Source of the DNA: Vicugna vicugna
Lineage: Eukaryota
Assembly: GCA_013265495.1 (NCBI GenBank)
Contig: MU058835.1
Span: 1 to 53,577 of the forward strand
DNA length: 53,577 bases
Reading direction: 5' to 3'
Part shown: positions 12,871 to 26,293 of the stretch, piece by piece
Layout of the letters: each line of letters opens with the position of its first letter
Numbering within the stretch: position 1 is the stretch's first letter
Made by a program: the position numbers and the translations under genes
The notes under the pieces: generated by a model
What the model saw: only the letters and a program-made list of their open reading frames with translations
Told to the model about the DNA's origin: nothing
The model's database searches: none

Positions 12871-15051
12871 AAGTCCTCCTGAGCAGACCCTGAACTCCAG
12901 TTTTTACCACCTCACACTCCTGAGACTGCTGCAAACTCCTTTTTTGCTTTTAACCTGCTTTCTACTTGACTTTTTAGTCTCTTGCCTGTACACCTTAAGA
13001 ACTCAACAAATGCCTCTAAATGAAAACAAGAGTATCCTCTTCACTTCTCATCTCAGAGGTCTTAGCCTCAGTCCTGTCTTCCCAGTCAGTCATGAACTCC
13101 AAAACTCCAATTTCTGTCTCCCTAGCTGTGTGAGATACTGAAAACTCTGATGGATTCTTGCCTCTTAGCATCTAACTTCTGCCCAACTCCCAGCCTTCCC
13201 TTCTATGCCAAAAATTGGCAGGGACCCTGAATGTGGCACAGAGAATATTCAACTTACATGAGTTTCTCTCCTCCTGTGATCTTGACTCCTCAAGTCTTGG
13301 GTATCTTGGCTGCTTTTAATATGTTACAAAAATGTGTATTTCGTGTTTTATGTGGATTATCTAGGTTTCGGCAGGAGGCTTGATCTGCAGTGAGATACTC
13401 CATTATTGCTGGAAGTAGGATAAGCTTTCTATAGTAGAAACATACAATTTTTATCTCTCTGCTTTCATCTTTCTTCTTTGTCAGACACAAGAAAATTACT
13501 CTAGATGTCTTCTCAGATACATTAGAACCTGATTCCAATACCACTTAGATGTCTTATGGCTTCATTACTTTAGGGCTAAGTCTACCTAGTTTGTATGTAT
13601 GAATATGTCCAGGCCTTCAACTAAAAGAATGTGTCTGTCACATGTTGCCTGAGGTGTGGGCTTCTGGTCCAATGTCTGGAAGACATACTTCCCTAATCTG
13701 AGTTTTTAAGCTTCAGGTTAATCTCTGCTAACTTCTGAGTGTCTCTAATTCAGTGAGGTTCTTCCTGTTGTTTAGAGATGAAGTTTCCTTCTTTATCTTG
13801 CAAACATTAATTTGGCTCCAATAATTTCCTAATCTTTTGCTTTATGAGCCTATACTTTTGTTACAAAATGCTTCAAAATGAGGAAAATAGGAGAGAATTC
13901 TATGTATATATGTTCATGTGAGCATTCCTATTCTCTTTCTTTCATGACTCTTCAAAAATGTCTTTTAACTATATTTAGACTTCATCCAATGAGGCTCATT
14001 TATTATAATCCCATTAGACATTATTAAATCAATTAAAGTATATAATTTAGTAGACACTGTATTGAGCCTAATTTAAAATGTATATGTTGGAACAATAATG
14101 GATCACTGTGTTGTCAGATACGGTTCTTCCTCTGTTGCTGATAATGCTGAAACTGTTTTTGAAAAGTAAAAGCCATCTGCAGCTGCTTTGAAAGTCAATT
14201 AACATTATGTTAATTAGCACTTATTTACAGTAGTTGATTAACAATATCAAACTACAATAATGAATAAGCAGTTAACATTAAAAAAAAGCTGGTGACATTA
14301 AGTTTTATCCTTTGGCATCAAGTGAAAAGCATTAATTCTTTCAGAGACTAAAATGAGATTCATTGAAATCTGCTTAAATAAGAAATAAACTAGAAAAGGA
14401 AATGAGAGGTCCCAAAGAGGTGGGGTTAAGGGGTGGCCCTGGGTCTTAGAATGTCACAGATGAGAAACCCACTAGTTGAGTAGCCAGTTAAGCAAAAGGG
14501 GAAGGTAAGAAGTAGGTGAAATTATTTCCTTATTCAGTGGCTTGTTAACACATGCCAAATTATCACTGGAATTTTGGCAGTTAGGAGTTCCAAATGACTT
14601 GATGATCAAATTAAGATGTCACAGTCAACTCAGGTCCTGACCTGTTAGCATCAACCTCTGTGCATGAAGCAGTCAGGGAGTGAGGGGGAAAGAGAGGAGC
14701 TGATTTTATTAGGAACATTTTGACATATTAAAATTTGACATCAGAAAAAAACATGCCAAGAGTTTGATCTCTTGCTTGCTTTCTTCTCTCCCTGTGAGTC
14801 CTAAGAAATAAGAAAGTCAAAACTGAAAGGGACTAAGATGTTTTCATAAAAAAGTAAAGCCAGTGCTGTCACCAAATTTCCAGTTGATCTTACGTGATGT
14901 TATCAATAAACAAATGAATCACAATTTCACCATCATACATGGAGAAGTACATTTGCCACCTGTGTATTCATCCTCTATAACTGGTAACCAATGCTACATG
15001 TTCCTTGATGAAGGAGAGAAAATAAATTATTCTGCTATTTTGTCTTTTAAG

Positions 15052-15233
15052 AATGTTAAAGCACTTTTTAACACAAGAGGTCCAGTTGTTGATGATGCAG
15101 GGAGAGGAACTGTGGAAAGCAGTTTCCCATGTTTGGAGGGTCCACACCTGTCCCTTTCAAATGCTGGCACTTTCACACACTCTGGCTTCTCTCCAGCCAA
15201 TGCTTTTGGCTCTCAGGCCCCGGGGGCTGCCGA
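15052..15233 (+). other. Candidate internal exon (182 nt)
   Basis: ctattttgtcttttaag|AATG...GCCGA|gtgagt; two of three frames open; non-repeat sequence. Confidence 0.35.
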
Positions 15234-16874
15234 GTGAGTGGCAGTGAGGAGACTTGGAGCTTTCCTTCCTGTTATCAGAGCCAGGCTGTGTCCGTGTCAG
15301 GTTGAGGAGGATTGAGATTCCTTCTTGAGCCAAGTTTGATGTGAAAAACACCTGCAGATCATCCCTGACTAAGTGGGGGCATTCTCACAGATGTCAGCTT
15401 GAAGAAAGATAAGGTAACACTGGAGAGCAAATCCTTGTCATGAGCTCCTGCTTTGTGACCTCCTCATCACCCTCAGGGTGCTGCCTGGGATCTGGACTTG
15501 TTTGGAAGAAGCCTCAAGGGAAAGCAGTGGCTCCCCTCAGGTTGGTGACCTGGATCCCAGCTCCCCTGGAGGGGCCTCCTCATGGTTATTTTGGGGCTGA
15601 TCACAGACACTGTGTAGCAGAGGGAAGAGTGATATTGCTGTATGACCATAGCCAGATCTATCTTCGGTTGGCTCAGCACAGAATGGAAGGACTTTGCCCC
15701 TCTGTAAAAGGGGGCAGATGGAAAGTCCTGCGATTCTAGGGACTTGGGGTTCAGAGCTGGAGACCTTCACTTAGCTTTGCCTCTCCCTAGCAGATGCCAC
15801 AGAGCACTGCAGACCCAAAAATCTGGTTTCCTTCCATCTGGACCAGGTCATCCAGTGGCCACCATGTCCCTCTGCCTACTGCTGTGTAACTTTTTAGAAT
15901 CAAAAGTTTGTGTTGGAGTTTCTGTGTGTGCACATTGTCCTCTCACCTGCTTCAATAAATCTTGAAGCTGCCACCCCCCCAAAAAAAAGAGGTCCACTGT
16001 GTCATAAACCTTCCTAAGAAACTTTTTCTTTCTTAAAAATGCTGGCAAGCTGGCTTTGCCTTGAAGTTACAATACTCTGTAGCAATGAAGGCAAAACATA
16101 TTTGCAATGAACAGTTAATGATTTTCACCATTGTAAGTATGCAAACATCTACGCATTTATGAAACTAGATATCCAGTCTCTCATGTCTCTGTAGGCTTTA
16201 TATGATTTTCCTGCCTAACTATAATTCCCAGTCCATGAAGTAGGATGAATAATTAGTAATCTGGGAGATGGCCTGTCAGTATTGGATGAAATTTGCAATT
16301 CCACTGATCTTAATGGTTATGTACAAATTTGGAATATGGACACAGAACATTTTATTGAAAAAAAAATGCCTCAACTTTTTCATTCTCCACCTCACTCCAA
16401 GTGACACCAATGGACAAGCACTGATCAGGAGTTCAAAACTAGCTTTTTAAAACACTCATTTACTGAAAAGCAACTGATGAGAGGCTGAAAAGCCTAGTTT
16501 CTCAGATAATTTTCACCCCACTGAAGCCAATAATTGTAGCTTAAAAATGGTGGCTTTATATTTTAGCTGTAAATCTCACTTTCAGCAGATGTGTTCTGAA
16601 TCTGCTCAGCTATCCGTTGGCTTCAGTTAAATGAACTATTTTTGTTATACATGCAGAATGCTAGTAAAAATAAAAGGCTCTATAAAGTATTTCTTTTAAT
16701 AAATGTGATTAGCTAATACCAATCAGTTTTCCTAAAGACTTAAGATAGGGAGTTTTTTGCTTGTTTGTTTTGTTGTGTTTTCTTTTGTATCTTTGTTTTT
16801 CTGTTTTTTAATAGCCAGCCTAAAGTGTGATATGACAGCAGGGCACCATGTTATTTTGTTCACTGGATCTCCAT

Positions 16875-17520
16875 TATTTTTAATTGAAGTCCAATCAGTT
16901 AAAATGTGTCAATTTCCAGTGCACAGCACAATGTCCCAGTCATGCATACACATACAAATATGTGTTTTCATATTTTTTCATTAAAGATTATTACAAGATA
17001 TGGAACATAATTCCCTGTGCTATGCAGAAGAAAACATTTTTAATCTATTTTTATAAAAAGTGGCTAACATTTGTAAATCTCAAACTCCCAAATTTATTCC
17101 TTCCCACCCCCTTTCACTGGAAACCATAAGATTGTTTACTTCTCTGCAAGTCTATTTCTGTTTTGTAGATGAGTTCACAGTGTCTTTTTTTTTTTTTTTT
17201 AAGATTCCACATGTGAGTGATATTATACGGTATTTTTCTTTCTCTTTCTGGCTTACTTCACTTAGAATGATGATCTCTATGTCCATCCATGCTGCTACAA
17301 ATAGAATTATTTAATTCTTTTTATGGCTGAATAGTATTTCATTGTATAAATATACCACAACTTCTTTATCCAGTCATCTGTTGTTGGACATTTAGGTTGC
17401 TTCCATGTCTTGGCTATTGTATGCAGTGCTGCTATGAACATTGGGGTGCATGTATCCTTTTGAATTAGAATTCTCTCTGAATATATACCCTGGAATGGGA
17501 TTGCTGGATCATATTGTTCC
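16875..17520 (-). mobile_element. 5'-truncated L1 (ORF2 C-terminus plus 3' UTR)
   Basis: ORF 17307-17522 encodes YDPAIP..GIY..KDTCTPMFIAAL.TIAKTWKQPKCP, the L1 ORF2p C-terminus. Confidence 0.95.
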
Positions 17521-17784
17521 ATTTAATTTTAATATGATTCCAGTTACCTTTTGCATCAAAGCATGGAAATTTTTAATATTTTTTATGAAACATTTCCCTC
17601 CCTTACTAGCAACTTTGAGATTTAGATAGGCCTGAACTTGCCTACCCTTGTTCTCACACAGGAGACCAGTTACTTGAAAAATAAAGTATATTTTTTTCAT
17701 AGTGAATTAAAAACCATTGCATATTAAATCAAACTATGCCAGGCAGACTAATGAATATCCAGCTGTGTTAGGAATAATGTGATT

Positions 17785-17950
17785 CAACCCTTCAATAACC
17801 TTGTAAGTTAGGCATTATTATTCCTATATATATGTTAGAAAACTGACACTCACAGAGGTTAAGAGAGGAGTTCAAGGTGACATAACTGAAAGCAGCTAAT
17901 GACAGATTTAGCCTCCTTCTATGATTCCTGTACCAGTGTTCTTTCTACCA
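17785..17950 (-). mobile_element. MIR SINE
   Basis: aggcattattattcc...gaaaactgacactcacagaggttaag resembles the antisense MIR core. Confidence 0.6.
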
Positions 17951-18169
17951 CAGAACATTTTGTTCATTTTGTGAAGAAAATCAGAAAGATAGCTGATATT
18001 ATTAAGATGATGCCCTGACCCCCAATGTTTTAATTCAATTTTGAGCTATGCTGTCTTTGATTTGGATTGGTCCTCTTTTCTCTTAAAAATCAAAACTAAT
18101 GCCAAACTCTCCATTATCATTAGAATATCCAGAAAAGGCTGGCTTAGTCTCCTGTTGCATCTCTTCCAG

Positions 18170-18227
18170 TTTAGGGATAAAGTAGGCATATCTACTATTA
18201 AGCTTTCAAATTTAGAAGTCAAAGGAG
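18170..18227 (+). other. Candidate internal exon (58 nt)
   Basis: ttgcatctcttccag|TTTAGG...GGAG|gtaaga; single open frame FRDKVGISTIKLSNLEVKG. Confidence 0.3.
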
Positions 18228-18764
18228 GTAAGAAAGCCAAAATAATCTTTGGAAGTTAATGATAACTTTCTTATCCTGCCACGGGTTCTCCATCTTTCTT
18301 GCTTTGTTAGAGACCATTTCTTCCTGCTTTCTCTTCTCACAACTGTGCAGTGCTTGCATTTTCTTAAATATTCCTATGTATGGACTTATCTTCAGTATTT
18401 CAAACTCATTGAAAACTAGCCCTTTAAAGAAAGCCCAGTGTAGGAAAGAATATGGGCTTTGTCACAAACTTGGCCTCAAATTCCTTATGTGACTCACCCC
18501 CACACTGTAAGAATAGGCAAGCTAGTAACCTCTGAGCCTTGGTTTCCTGATGAGATTTGCTCTACAGAGTTTTTGCTGAGTAAGATAACATTAACATTAT
18601 GTCTGAGACAGCAGGAAACTTCTATGGTAAAAATTACTCCCTTTCTCTCCATCCCCCTGTGTTAGTTCATCTAGAGGCAGCTCATTTCCTATGAAGCAAC
18701 TTTCTCCATTGCTGCTCTTTCTGGCCTGCATAGTAATTCATTTATTCATTATTTTTTTATTGTT

Positions 18765-19150
18765 GTTGTTATTTTGGTAAAACACACATAACATAAAATT
18801 TACTATTTTTATGACTTTTAAGGGTACAGTTCATGTTGTTCTGCAACCATTACCAACATCCACCTCAGAACTATTTCATCTTCACTCTGTACCCACCAAA
18901 CATTAACTCCCCATTGCTTCCTCCTGTCAGCCACTGGCAACCACCATTCTACTTTCCTTCTCTACCAATTTGACTATTCTAGGCATGTCATGTAAGTGGA
19001 ATCTCACAGTATTTGTCCTTGTTTCCCACAGCATAATGTCCTCAAGGTTCATCATTGTTATAGCATGTGTCAGAATTTCCTTCCTTTTTGACAATGAATA
19101 ATATTCCATTGTATGTCTATATCATGTTCTGCCTGTACATTCATCTGGAT
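18765..19150 (-). mobile_element. L1MB-like 3' end
   Basis: acataacataaaatttacta, ggcaaccaccattctactttc; ORF 18927-19109 EYYS..KRKEILTHA.T.MNLEDIML. Confidence 0.85.
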
Positions 19151-20548
19151 GGTGATTTTGATCATATGGATGCTTGGGCAAGAACCTGAGACCGACTGGC
19201 TTCCCTCAGAAAGGACTTCTGTAGCTCATTCTGGGAGTTGGGTAGGTTAAGTAGCCAGGGAGCCCCCAGGAAACCTAGCGCTGGGTGGGTTGTCCTCGGC
19301 AGCCCCCTCCGCGCTTTCTCCTCTCTGTGATCCAGTACTTTTTGCTTATTGTCTTTTCCTTCCCCTGTATTGGGTGTACCATTTAAATAGCAATAGCCCA
19401 ACTCAAACCCTAAACCCAAGCTTTCATTCTGATAGTAAACTAGGCAGCCACCCAGTGTGAGGACAGGTATGTAACAGTTACTGTGAGTTTAAAAATCTTC
19501 CTGAAATGGAGCTTGGATTGATGACCTCAAGATTTTTATGCCTGTGATTTTAGGAGAGAATTTATTTTTATTCATCTGTTTCTCTGTCTCTGTGCTCTCC
19601 TCCCTCTCTTCCTGCCCCTCTTACATTTCTCACGCTTATGATACTTCTTTTGCTATGATGATACATTTGAATCTACATTCTTTCCCTGAAATGGGTGCAA
19701 AGAATCATAGTATTAACCCAGCTAAGTAATTTTTTTAATTCAATAATATTTCTAGGAAATTCTCTCCTTTTGGTTCATTTCATTTTGTATCTCTAGGTCT
19801 CCAAATCTTAGGAGGAAGAGAAGAGTGAAAGCTAAACACCACAGCACAATATTGTGTAGTTTAATGGGAATTTGAAATAATGGAAAGCCGGGTATAAATA
19901 CAATTCACTGACACCAAACTTCCAGGTTAGTCCTCAAGACATTTGTCTTTTTAGATAATTGTTTCAACCCCAAACCCACTGTAGGTAAAAAGAGCACATG
20001 AAACATTCATATTTCTCTTTAGAAAATGAAGAAATATATATCAATATGAGTTTCTTGACTTCAGAACACTGAAAAGTCATCAGGGGAAAATGTGTGTTTT
20101 CCCCAACCTAGGCAGCTCTCTAATTCTCTCTTTAAAAAAGGGAATGAGTGATTTTTATCAGAAGCTTTTAAAAACCCAAGTCCCAAAGCAAACATATTTA
20201 TAATCAACCTGTCCCTAGAAGTACTTCTACCACAAACGCTGGATGGTTTGGTGTCATGAAAAGAATTGTGGGGTTTTAGAGTTGGAAGGATCTTGGTCCA
20301 AAATTCTAAATGGATGCTTCTCTTCTAGTTCACAAAATGGAAGAGGTAGTCCCCAAAGAGTAGAGACTGTGGCATGTGTGGTCCATGATCATTGTAGGAT
20401 GCTGGGGTGTAGGATCAATGTGTCTGGACAGCATGAAGGTGGAGGAAAGAAAGGGTGAGAGAGGGAGGAAGGAGGGAGAATAATGGAGAAAATAAAGGGA
20501 GGGAGGAAGGAGTCAGGGAAGAAGGACAGGAAGGTAAATAGTACTTAT

Positions 20549-20632
20549 NNNNNNNNNNNNNNNNNNNNNNNNNNNNNNNNNNNNNNNNNNNNNNNNNNNN
20601 NNNNNNNNNNNNNNNNNNNNNNNNNNNNNNNN
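20549..20632. other. Assembly gap (N run) after a purine-rich low-complexity tract
   Basis: 84 N. Confidence 1.
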
Positions 20633-21934
20633 TTTTGTTCAATTTATATTTAATTAAATTATCCCAGCAAACCATTAATAAAGACATTAATACCCCATAT
20701 TTAGAGTTGAAGAAGTTTAAGTTCAAAGAATGTGGACTCATGTATTTTTAGCTTATTGGAGTAACGAGGCACTGAGAGGAGACGCAGAACCCCTCTGGAA
20801 GGGGACATAAGGCAGAGAAAGGCAGAATGGATGTGTGTGATGGACCCACACCTATTAACTGCTTCCTACGCTTGACTGCAGCACTGTAGTGAAGAAACAG
20901 AGCCATAGCCGAGCCCAGGAGTTACACAGAGCCTGAATTAATATTGACTGAAATGAATTTTCTCCGTTGTCAGAAATGGCAAAAGAAAAGGTGATAGTAG
21001 GATTCACATTGCTTTCGTTCTGCAAGTCCTAGTACACCACCAGTGTCTCTGTTAGCCCCTCACCAACTGCAGCACACAGTACCTTACAGAAACATAGTAG
21101 GAAATGGCCTAACACAGAAATGTAATGCTAAAAAGGAGAAAAACATCACTTTGATCCAGGCAGTATTTGTACCCCAAGATGTGCGTTTTGGTTATTCTGA
21201 TTTCAGCTTCTAGAACAATGAGTGCTAGGAACGATTAGGCTAATAACTGATTTCAGGAGAAGAGAAGAGACTCCTGGAGCACACCGTGTCTGACTCTTAA
21301 GCAGGCCTTTGCTGACATATTATTTAAATAGCTTAGGAAAAGTGAAGGGCTCGCTAATTCACCAGCACCTCTGGCCTCCAGGCACACAAGTCTTTTTTTC
21401 AGTAATGTTCTGAGGCTTCAGGCCTACTTCTCTGGCAAATCATGTAACATCTACGTGTCTCAGTTTCTTCCGCAATAAAATGCGAGAGGCTGGTCTCTAG
21501 GGCACACGCCAGCTCCAGCTTTCTGGGTTCCTGCAATACCCTGCGTGTGAACTTTTGTCTGTGGATGGAGGATTGGATTCACTCTTGATTTTTCTGCACC
21601 AGTGCAGATTTAGACACAGATTTTCATCACCATCATCACTATCATCATCCCAGTGATTTTTACAGTGTGCTAAGAATTATTCCTATTTCTATTCCTAATT
21701 CTCACAATAATCCTTAGAATAGGCGTTATTACCTCCAACATACTGAAGAAATGGCACTAGTTCAAGAGTGATCCCATATTGGTGATTAATTTGGGCTTGC
21801 TCTAGGAGCACTGCAGTGTGAAGGGTATTTTCAAAGCTGATTCACCCAAAAGGGTTTTTGTTTATTTGGCAAACTTTCCCACACCTCATCCGGAGTGAGA
21901 GACTTAGTCTATTCCCAGGATATGCAGCACTGCC

Positions 21935-22825
21935 TCCCGACCCGCGCCAGGCGCATTCTGAGTCCCTCATTGTGCGAACCAAACTCCCGGCGGAGACCAG
22001 GAGCCTCCAGGTTACAGAGTCGCTATGGGACCCGCGGGAGTGGAGGGCCTTCGGTTTGGAGACCCTGGCCTGGAGGCCTCGGGGCGCCGGGGCTGCAGGC
22101 GTTCCTGAAAGCGGGAACCCCGGAGGAGGGGGCTGGACTATGGAGGGAGTCCGGGTCGAGGGGCGGGATTACCCGGCTGCCACTGTCGCCTGGATGGTCC
22201 CCGCGGCGTCCCGGGCGGAGTCGGCGCGGGACTCTCCCCGGCCGCTGCCTTGGAAACCGGCCGAGCCCGGCGGGAAGACTTGTCGGCCCCGCGGGGCGGG
22301 GAGACGCGACGACCCCTCGGCGGGGCCGGCGAGGCCCGGCGGCCGCGGTGCCCTGAGGACTAACGGGGCCGGCGAGCCGGCGTCCGCGACGAGGAGGAGC
22401 CGGAGGACGGCGGAGAGGTGCTGCGAGCCGGGCTTGAGGACGAGCCGGGGCTGCGGCCGGTGCGCGGGCCGCCCCGCCGCTCTCCTCAGGCCGGTGCGCG
22501 GAGCCGGAGGGGCGGGCGCCGCTGCAGCACACGGCTCCGGAGGCCGCGGCCCCGGCTGCAGCTCGGACCCGGGGGCACCTGGGCGCGGCCCCCGGCGCGC
22601 CGCCCCCGCAGCCGGAGCGGCCCCTCCCCTCGGCCCCGCGCCGCCTCTGGGCCCGGCCGAGCGCGCCCCCGCGGCTGGCGGTTGGGAGGCGCGAGCACGC
22701 GTCCGACCCTCCCATCCCCCACTCTGGGGCTCCGCGCTCCTCCACTCAGGCAGCGACCACCAGAGCCAGAAGTGGGCAGCAGCGCGGAAGGCGGCGCGGG
22801 GCCGGGCGAGGGGAGCCGATGTTTG
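21935..22825. promoter_or_regulatory. CpG island / promoter, probably with a minus-strand non-coding first exon
   Basis: Very high GC and CpG density; GC boxes (ggggcggg near 22293 and 22509); donor-like CCC|gttagt on the minus strand at 22364. Confidence 0.85.
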
Positions 22826-22899
22826 ATCAGTTTCTTGAAAAGCATACTGACTTACACATATTGCACCTTAAATACACATAGACACACTTACACTAGTTT

Positions 22900-25330
22900 T
22901 CTTTCTTTTATTTTCTTTTTATGGAGACATTGCAGCTTATTCTAAAAAAAAGTATTAAAAATGAAAATAACGATTCCAACTGAAATACCCTGCCCCAAAT
23001 TCTCGAGGTACGTTCTCAAGGATGCATTTCTGAATTATATACTTAAACTGAAAAATTCTATAGTGAACATTTACACATCATTACATTTCTTTAAAATAAG
23101 ATTTTTTTCAGAATCATCGATGTACCATAATCTACCATTCCAATACAATTTTTCATTTAACTTATTTCCAGTTTTTGATATTATAAATAGAATGTAAAGA
23201 CCATCTCTGTGAAAAAGCATTGTTGCGTCTCTTTTTCATTTCTAATGACACCTTTCTAGAAGAATCCCTGGCCAAAAGACCAGAGGTTTTTAGTCTCCTG
23301 AAACATACCACGAAATACCACCCCAGGAAGATAGTGACTGAACACTCCCCCCAGTTATCTGACAGCAGCCACCACCTGACCCTCTCTCACCCTGCGTGGA
23401 CAATTAAATAGGGTTAAAGTGTTGCTGAGATTTGTGAGATTATCAGGAATTTGAACTTTCCTCCATCTTTATTGACCATTGGTAATTCCTCCATAAATGA
23501 CTTATGTTTTTTTATACATTTTTCTTTAGAAGTGTTAGTATTTTTCTTACAAATTTATTAAAACTCTAGAAAAAAAACTGTTACCTCTTTGCCTATCATC
23601 AGTGGCAAACATTTCCCCAACTTTTTCATTTTACTGTTTCCCATGATATTTTCATTTTAATTTAAGGAATGAGAGCTTTGATATACAGTGTTTAAAACTA
23701 TGTCACCAATTCTATTGATCTTTTCTCAAATGTTCCTACTCCTAATCTGAAAATAAAAAAAACCCTTCTCCTGAGTGTCAATTTTATTTATTTCTAATAT
23801 TTGTGTTGTTTTATTTGCTACATACATTGTTTTATACAGACATCACTGGAATTGATTAGTGTGTGTTACATATGGGGTAAGCTTAGGACCTAGCCTAATA
23901 TTTTCTGTATTCCATTTATTGTGTAATCCATTCCTTCCTTTGTTTTGTAACATTGTCTTTACAGTATCTCAGGCCATTGTATATTATAAGGTGCTTTCTT
24001 TTTTGAAGGCTAGTCTCTTATATTGATCCATTCTTGTGCAAATACCACTTTTTACAGTCCCTTTGCAATGTATCTTCTAACTGGTAAAATGAGTTCACCC
24101 TCACCTGTCTTTATTAGCTTTCCTTTCCAAATTTTCTTTTGCTATTCTTATATATTTATTCTTCGAGCAAAACTCCCTAAGAAAAATCCCACTGAGAGCG
24201 TATTGGATTGCATTAGATCTGGAAATTAATGGTGGTGAAATTTATATATTTATAATAGTCCACACAGATACACTCACTATATGCTTCCTATTTATTTAAG
24301 CCTTATTATATGTTTCTCAGTATAGTCTTGTGTTTTCCACAGAAGTCTGAAACTTTTTTAATTAAGGTTATATTTCTAGGTTCTTTATATTTCTGTTACT
24401 ATTGTGAAAGAGATTTTTTCCCTCATATTTCCTGATTGTGGCGGGTGTGTTTGAAATCCACTGATACTTATATTCATTCATCTTGCTGAACTCACTTCTA
24501 ACATTTTTTAGCTGGTTCTCTAGAGTTTTTCTAGGTATGTGATATCATCTACAGACAATGATAACTTTGTTTTCTTGTTTCTAGTCATCACACTTCCTAT
24601 CTTTGTTTTCTGCTGTAAACAAAACATAAAATTATAACTATAAGGAAGATGGTAGACAACTTTGTTTTGTTCCTGATGTTAATGGAAATGTCTCCACTGG
24701 TATTTTCACAATAATTATGATATGAGCTGTCTGTGTATAATATTCCTTAATGTGGTAAGGAATTATTCTTGTATTCATAGGGAACAAAAAGATTTTTCTC
24801 AGTAGAAATGATTGTAATACTTTTTATGCTTTTCCAAATGTAATGATCATATGGTTTTTCTTATTTAATCTCAATATGATATAACAGTACATTTTCTAAT
24901 ATTAGACCAAACCGATACTTTCTTTTGGTAGATTATTTTTTTCAAATATTATTTAGTTCCATTGGCTATTAGATTATTTAGAATTGTAAAAGATTTTTTT
25001 CTTTTTATCATATCTTTGTTAGGTTTTATTATCAATAATAATAATGGCAGTTGTGATAAACTTGTACCATGTTCCAAACATTGTATTTTCTTGTATAATT
25101 CTTTCAACAGTTACAGATATAGCATTATCTATATTTTGCAGATAAGGAACTAAGGCTAAGATCATACAGCTTGATGGGGTAGCCTGTCTCTCCAAGCTGT
25201 GCTACATGGTTTTGATAGTTAAAAATGAGTTGGGTGGCTTTCCATGTTCTGGAATAGATTGTATAGAATAAAAACAATTTGTTCCTTGAAAGAATGACAA
25301 GACTGATCCATATATACACAAGAGGCAAAA
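22900..25330 (-). mobile_element. Highly degenerate L1M ORF2 fragments with a nested MIR near 25040-25170
   Basis: T-rich; ttggattgcattagatct, gttactattgtgaaagagattt, tcatctacagacaatgataactttg, cttgaaagaatgacaag. Confidence 0.6.
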
Positions 25331-25796
25331 TGATGCTGTGAAAGCAGATAAATACTTGTTTGAATTCCAGCTCTGTCCACTACTTAGTAGCACTTAGTAA
25401 ATAGAAACTACAGTCATTATAAAAAAAACCTTTTGTTTTTATGCCCACCTGCAGGTCTTTGGCTAAGCTGCCTAGAGCACACCTGTCATCAGGCCTGCTG
25501 CACTGGACTGAGCCCTTAAATGGGCCAGTGACTTAGCACAGATGAAAGACACTGACAATCACACATGGTTTCCTCATCCAGGCCCCTCTTTCACATGTAG
25601 GGTTCTAAGAGGATTTGCCTAGGAGAATCAGGTGATACTGGTAACTCAGGGCCAATCTATTAACTCTCCAGGAAAACTCAATAAATTTTCCTACTTCTCA
25701 GACCTTATTCACTGGTTTACCATGAATTTATGGGCTCTATTCTTTGTCAGGCAACACTAATATTTCTGAATCCAACAGTTATCTTTTCTGTTACAG

Positions 25797-25845
25797 GATC
25801 CAAGCTTCTCAGCCAGGTGATTTATCAAGTTCAAGATCTGAAGCA
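25797..25845 (+). other. Candidate internal exon (49 nt)
   Basis: cactaat branch-like site, tcttttctgttacag|GATCC...AGCA|gtaagt; two frames open. Confidence 0.33.
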
Positions 25846-26039
25846 GTAAGTAGTGGCATAGGGATTTGGCAAAAATCTTGAAATGTCTCTCTGAACCTTT
25901 CAAGCTGAGTACAAGCATCTAGTATTCAGCATCCTCCTTCATCCTGACCGGAAGTAATACATTAGAAACAGGAGATGCTAGATGCTGTTTACATGTTTCT
26001 CCTAGTGGAAATGACTTGGTTCTCTAAAGTTAGAAATAT

Positions 26040-26293
26040 CTGACTGAGAATCCTGCTTTGGCAACTTCCTAGCTAAGTGACCCCAGGCAAGTTACCTCAC
26101 CTTCCTGAACCACATTTCCTTATAGATAAATTGGGAAAGATAATGTCTTCTGTGGAAGATTTTTGTGAAGGTAAGTGCTGTGTGACAATGAATATATATA
26201 TGTTCATGTATAACTGAAAAATTGTGCTCTACAGTGGAATTTGACACAACATTGTAAAATGATTATAAATCAATAAAAAATGTTTTAAAAAAA
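26040..26293 (+). mobile_element. MIR followed by the 3' tip of a young L1 (~26180-26293)
   Basis: caagttacctcaccttcctgaaccacatttcc (MIR); gttcatgtataactgaaaaattgtgctctaca...aatcaataaaaaatg, near-identical to 1915-1995. Confidence 0.8.

Larger units (their letters stand above)
10730..13420 (-). mobile_element. Ancient L1M ORF1/5' region, split by an LTR and a younger L1
   Basis: aagaattccctttagcattt, tttatttcactttcacatttgaaaaatatt, tgagaaaacagttatcagtctgattg resemble antisense L1M ORF1-region motifs. Confidence 0.65.

Noticed and set aside
20415..20741. ORFs spanning N runs (also 33335-33673)
   Set aside because: Artefacts of assembly gaps.
21858..22945. 322-, 240-, 175- and 153-aa ORFs
   Set aside because: Explained by stop-codon depletion in the CpG island; both strands are open and no protein family is recognisable.
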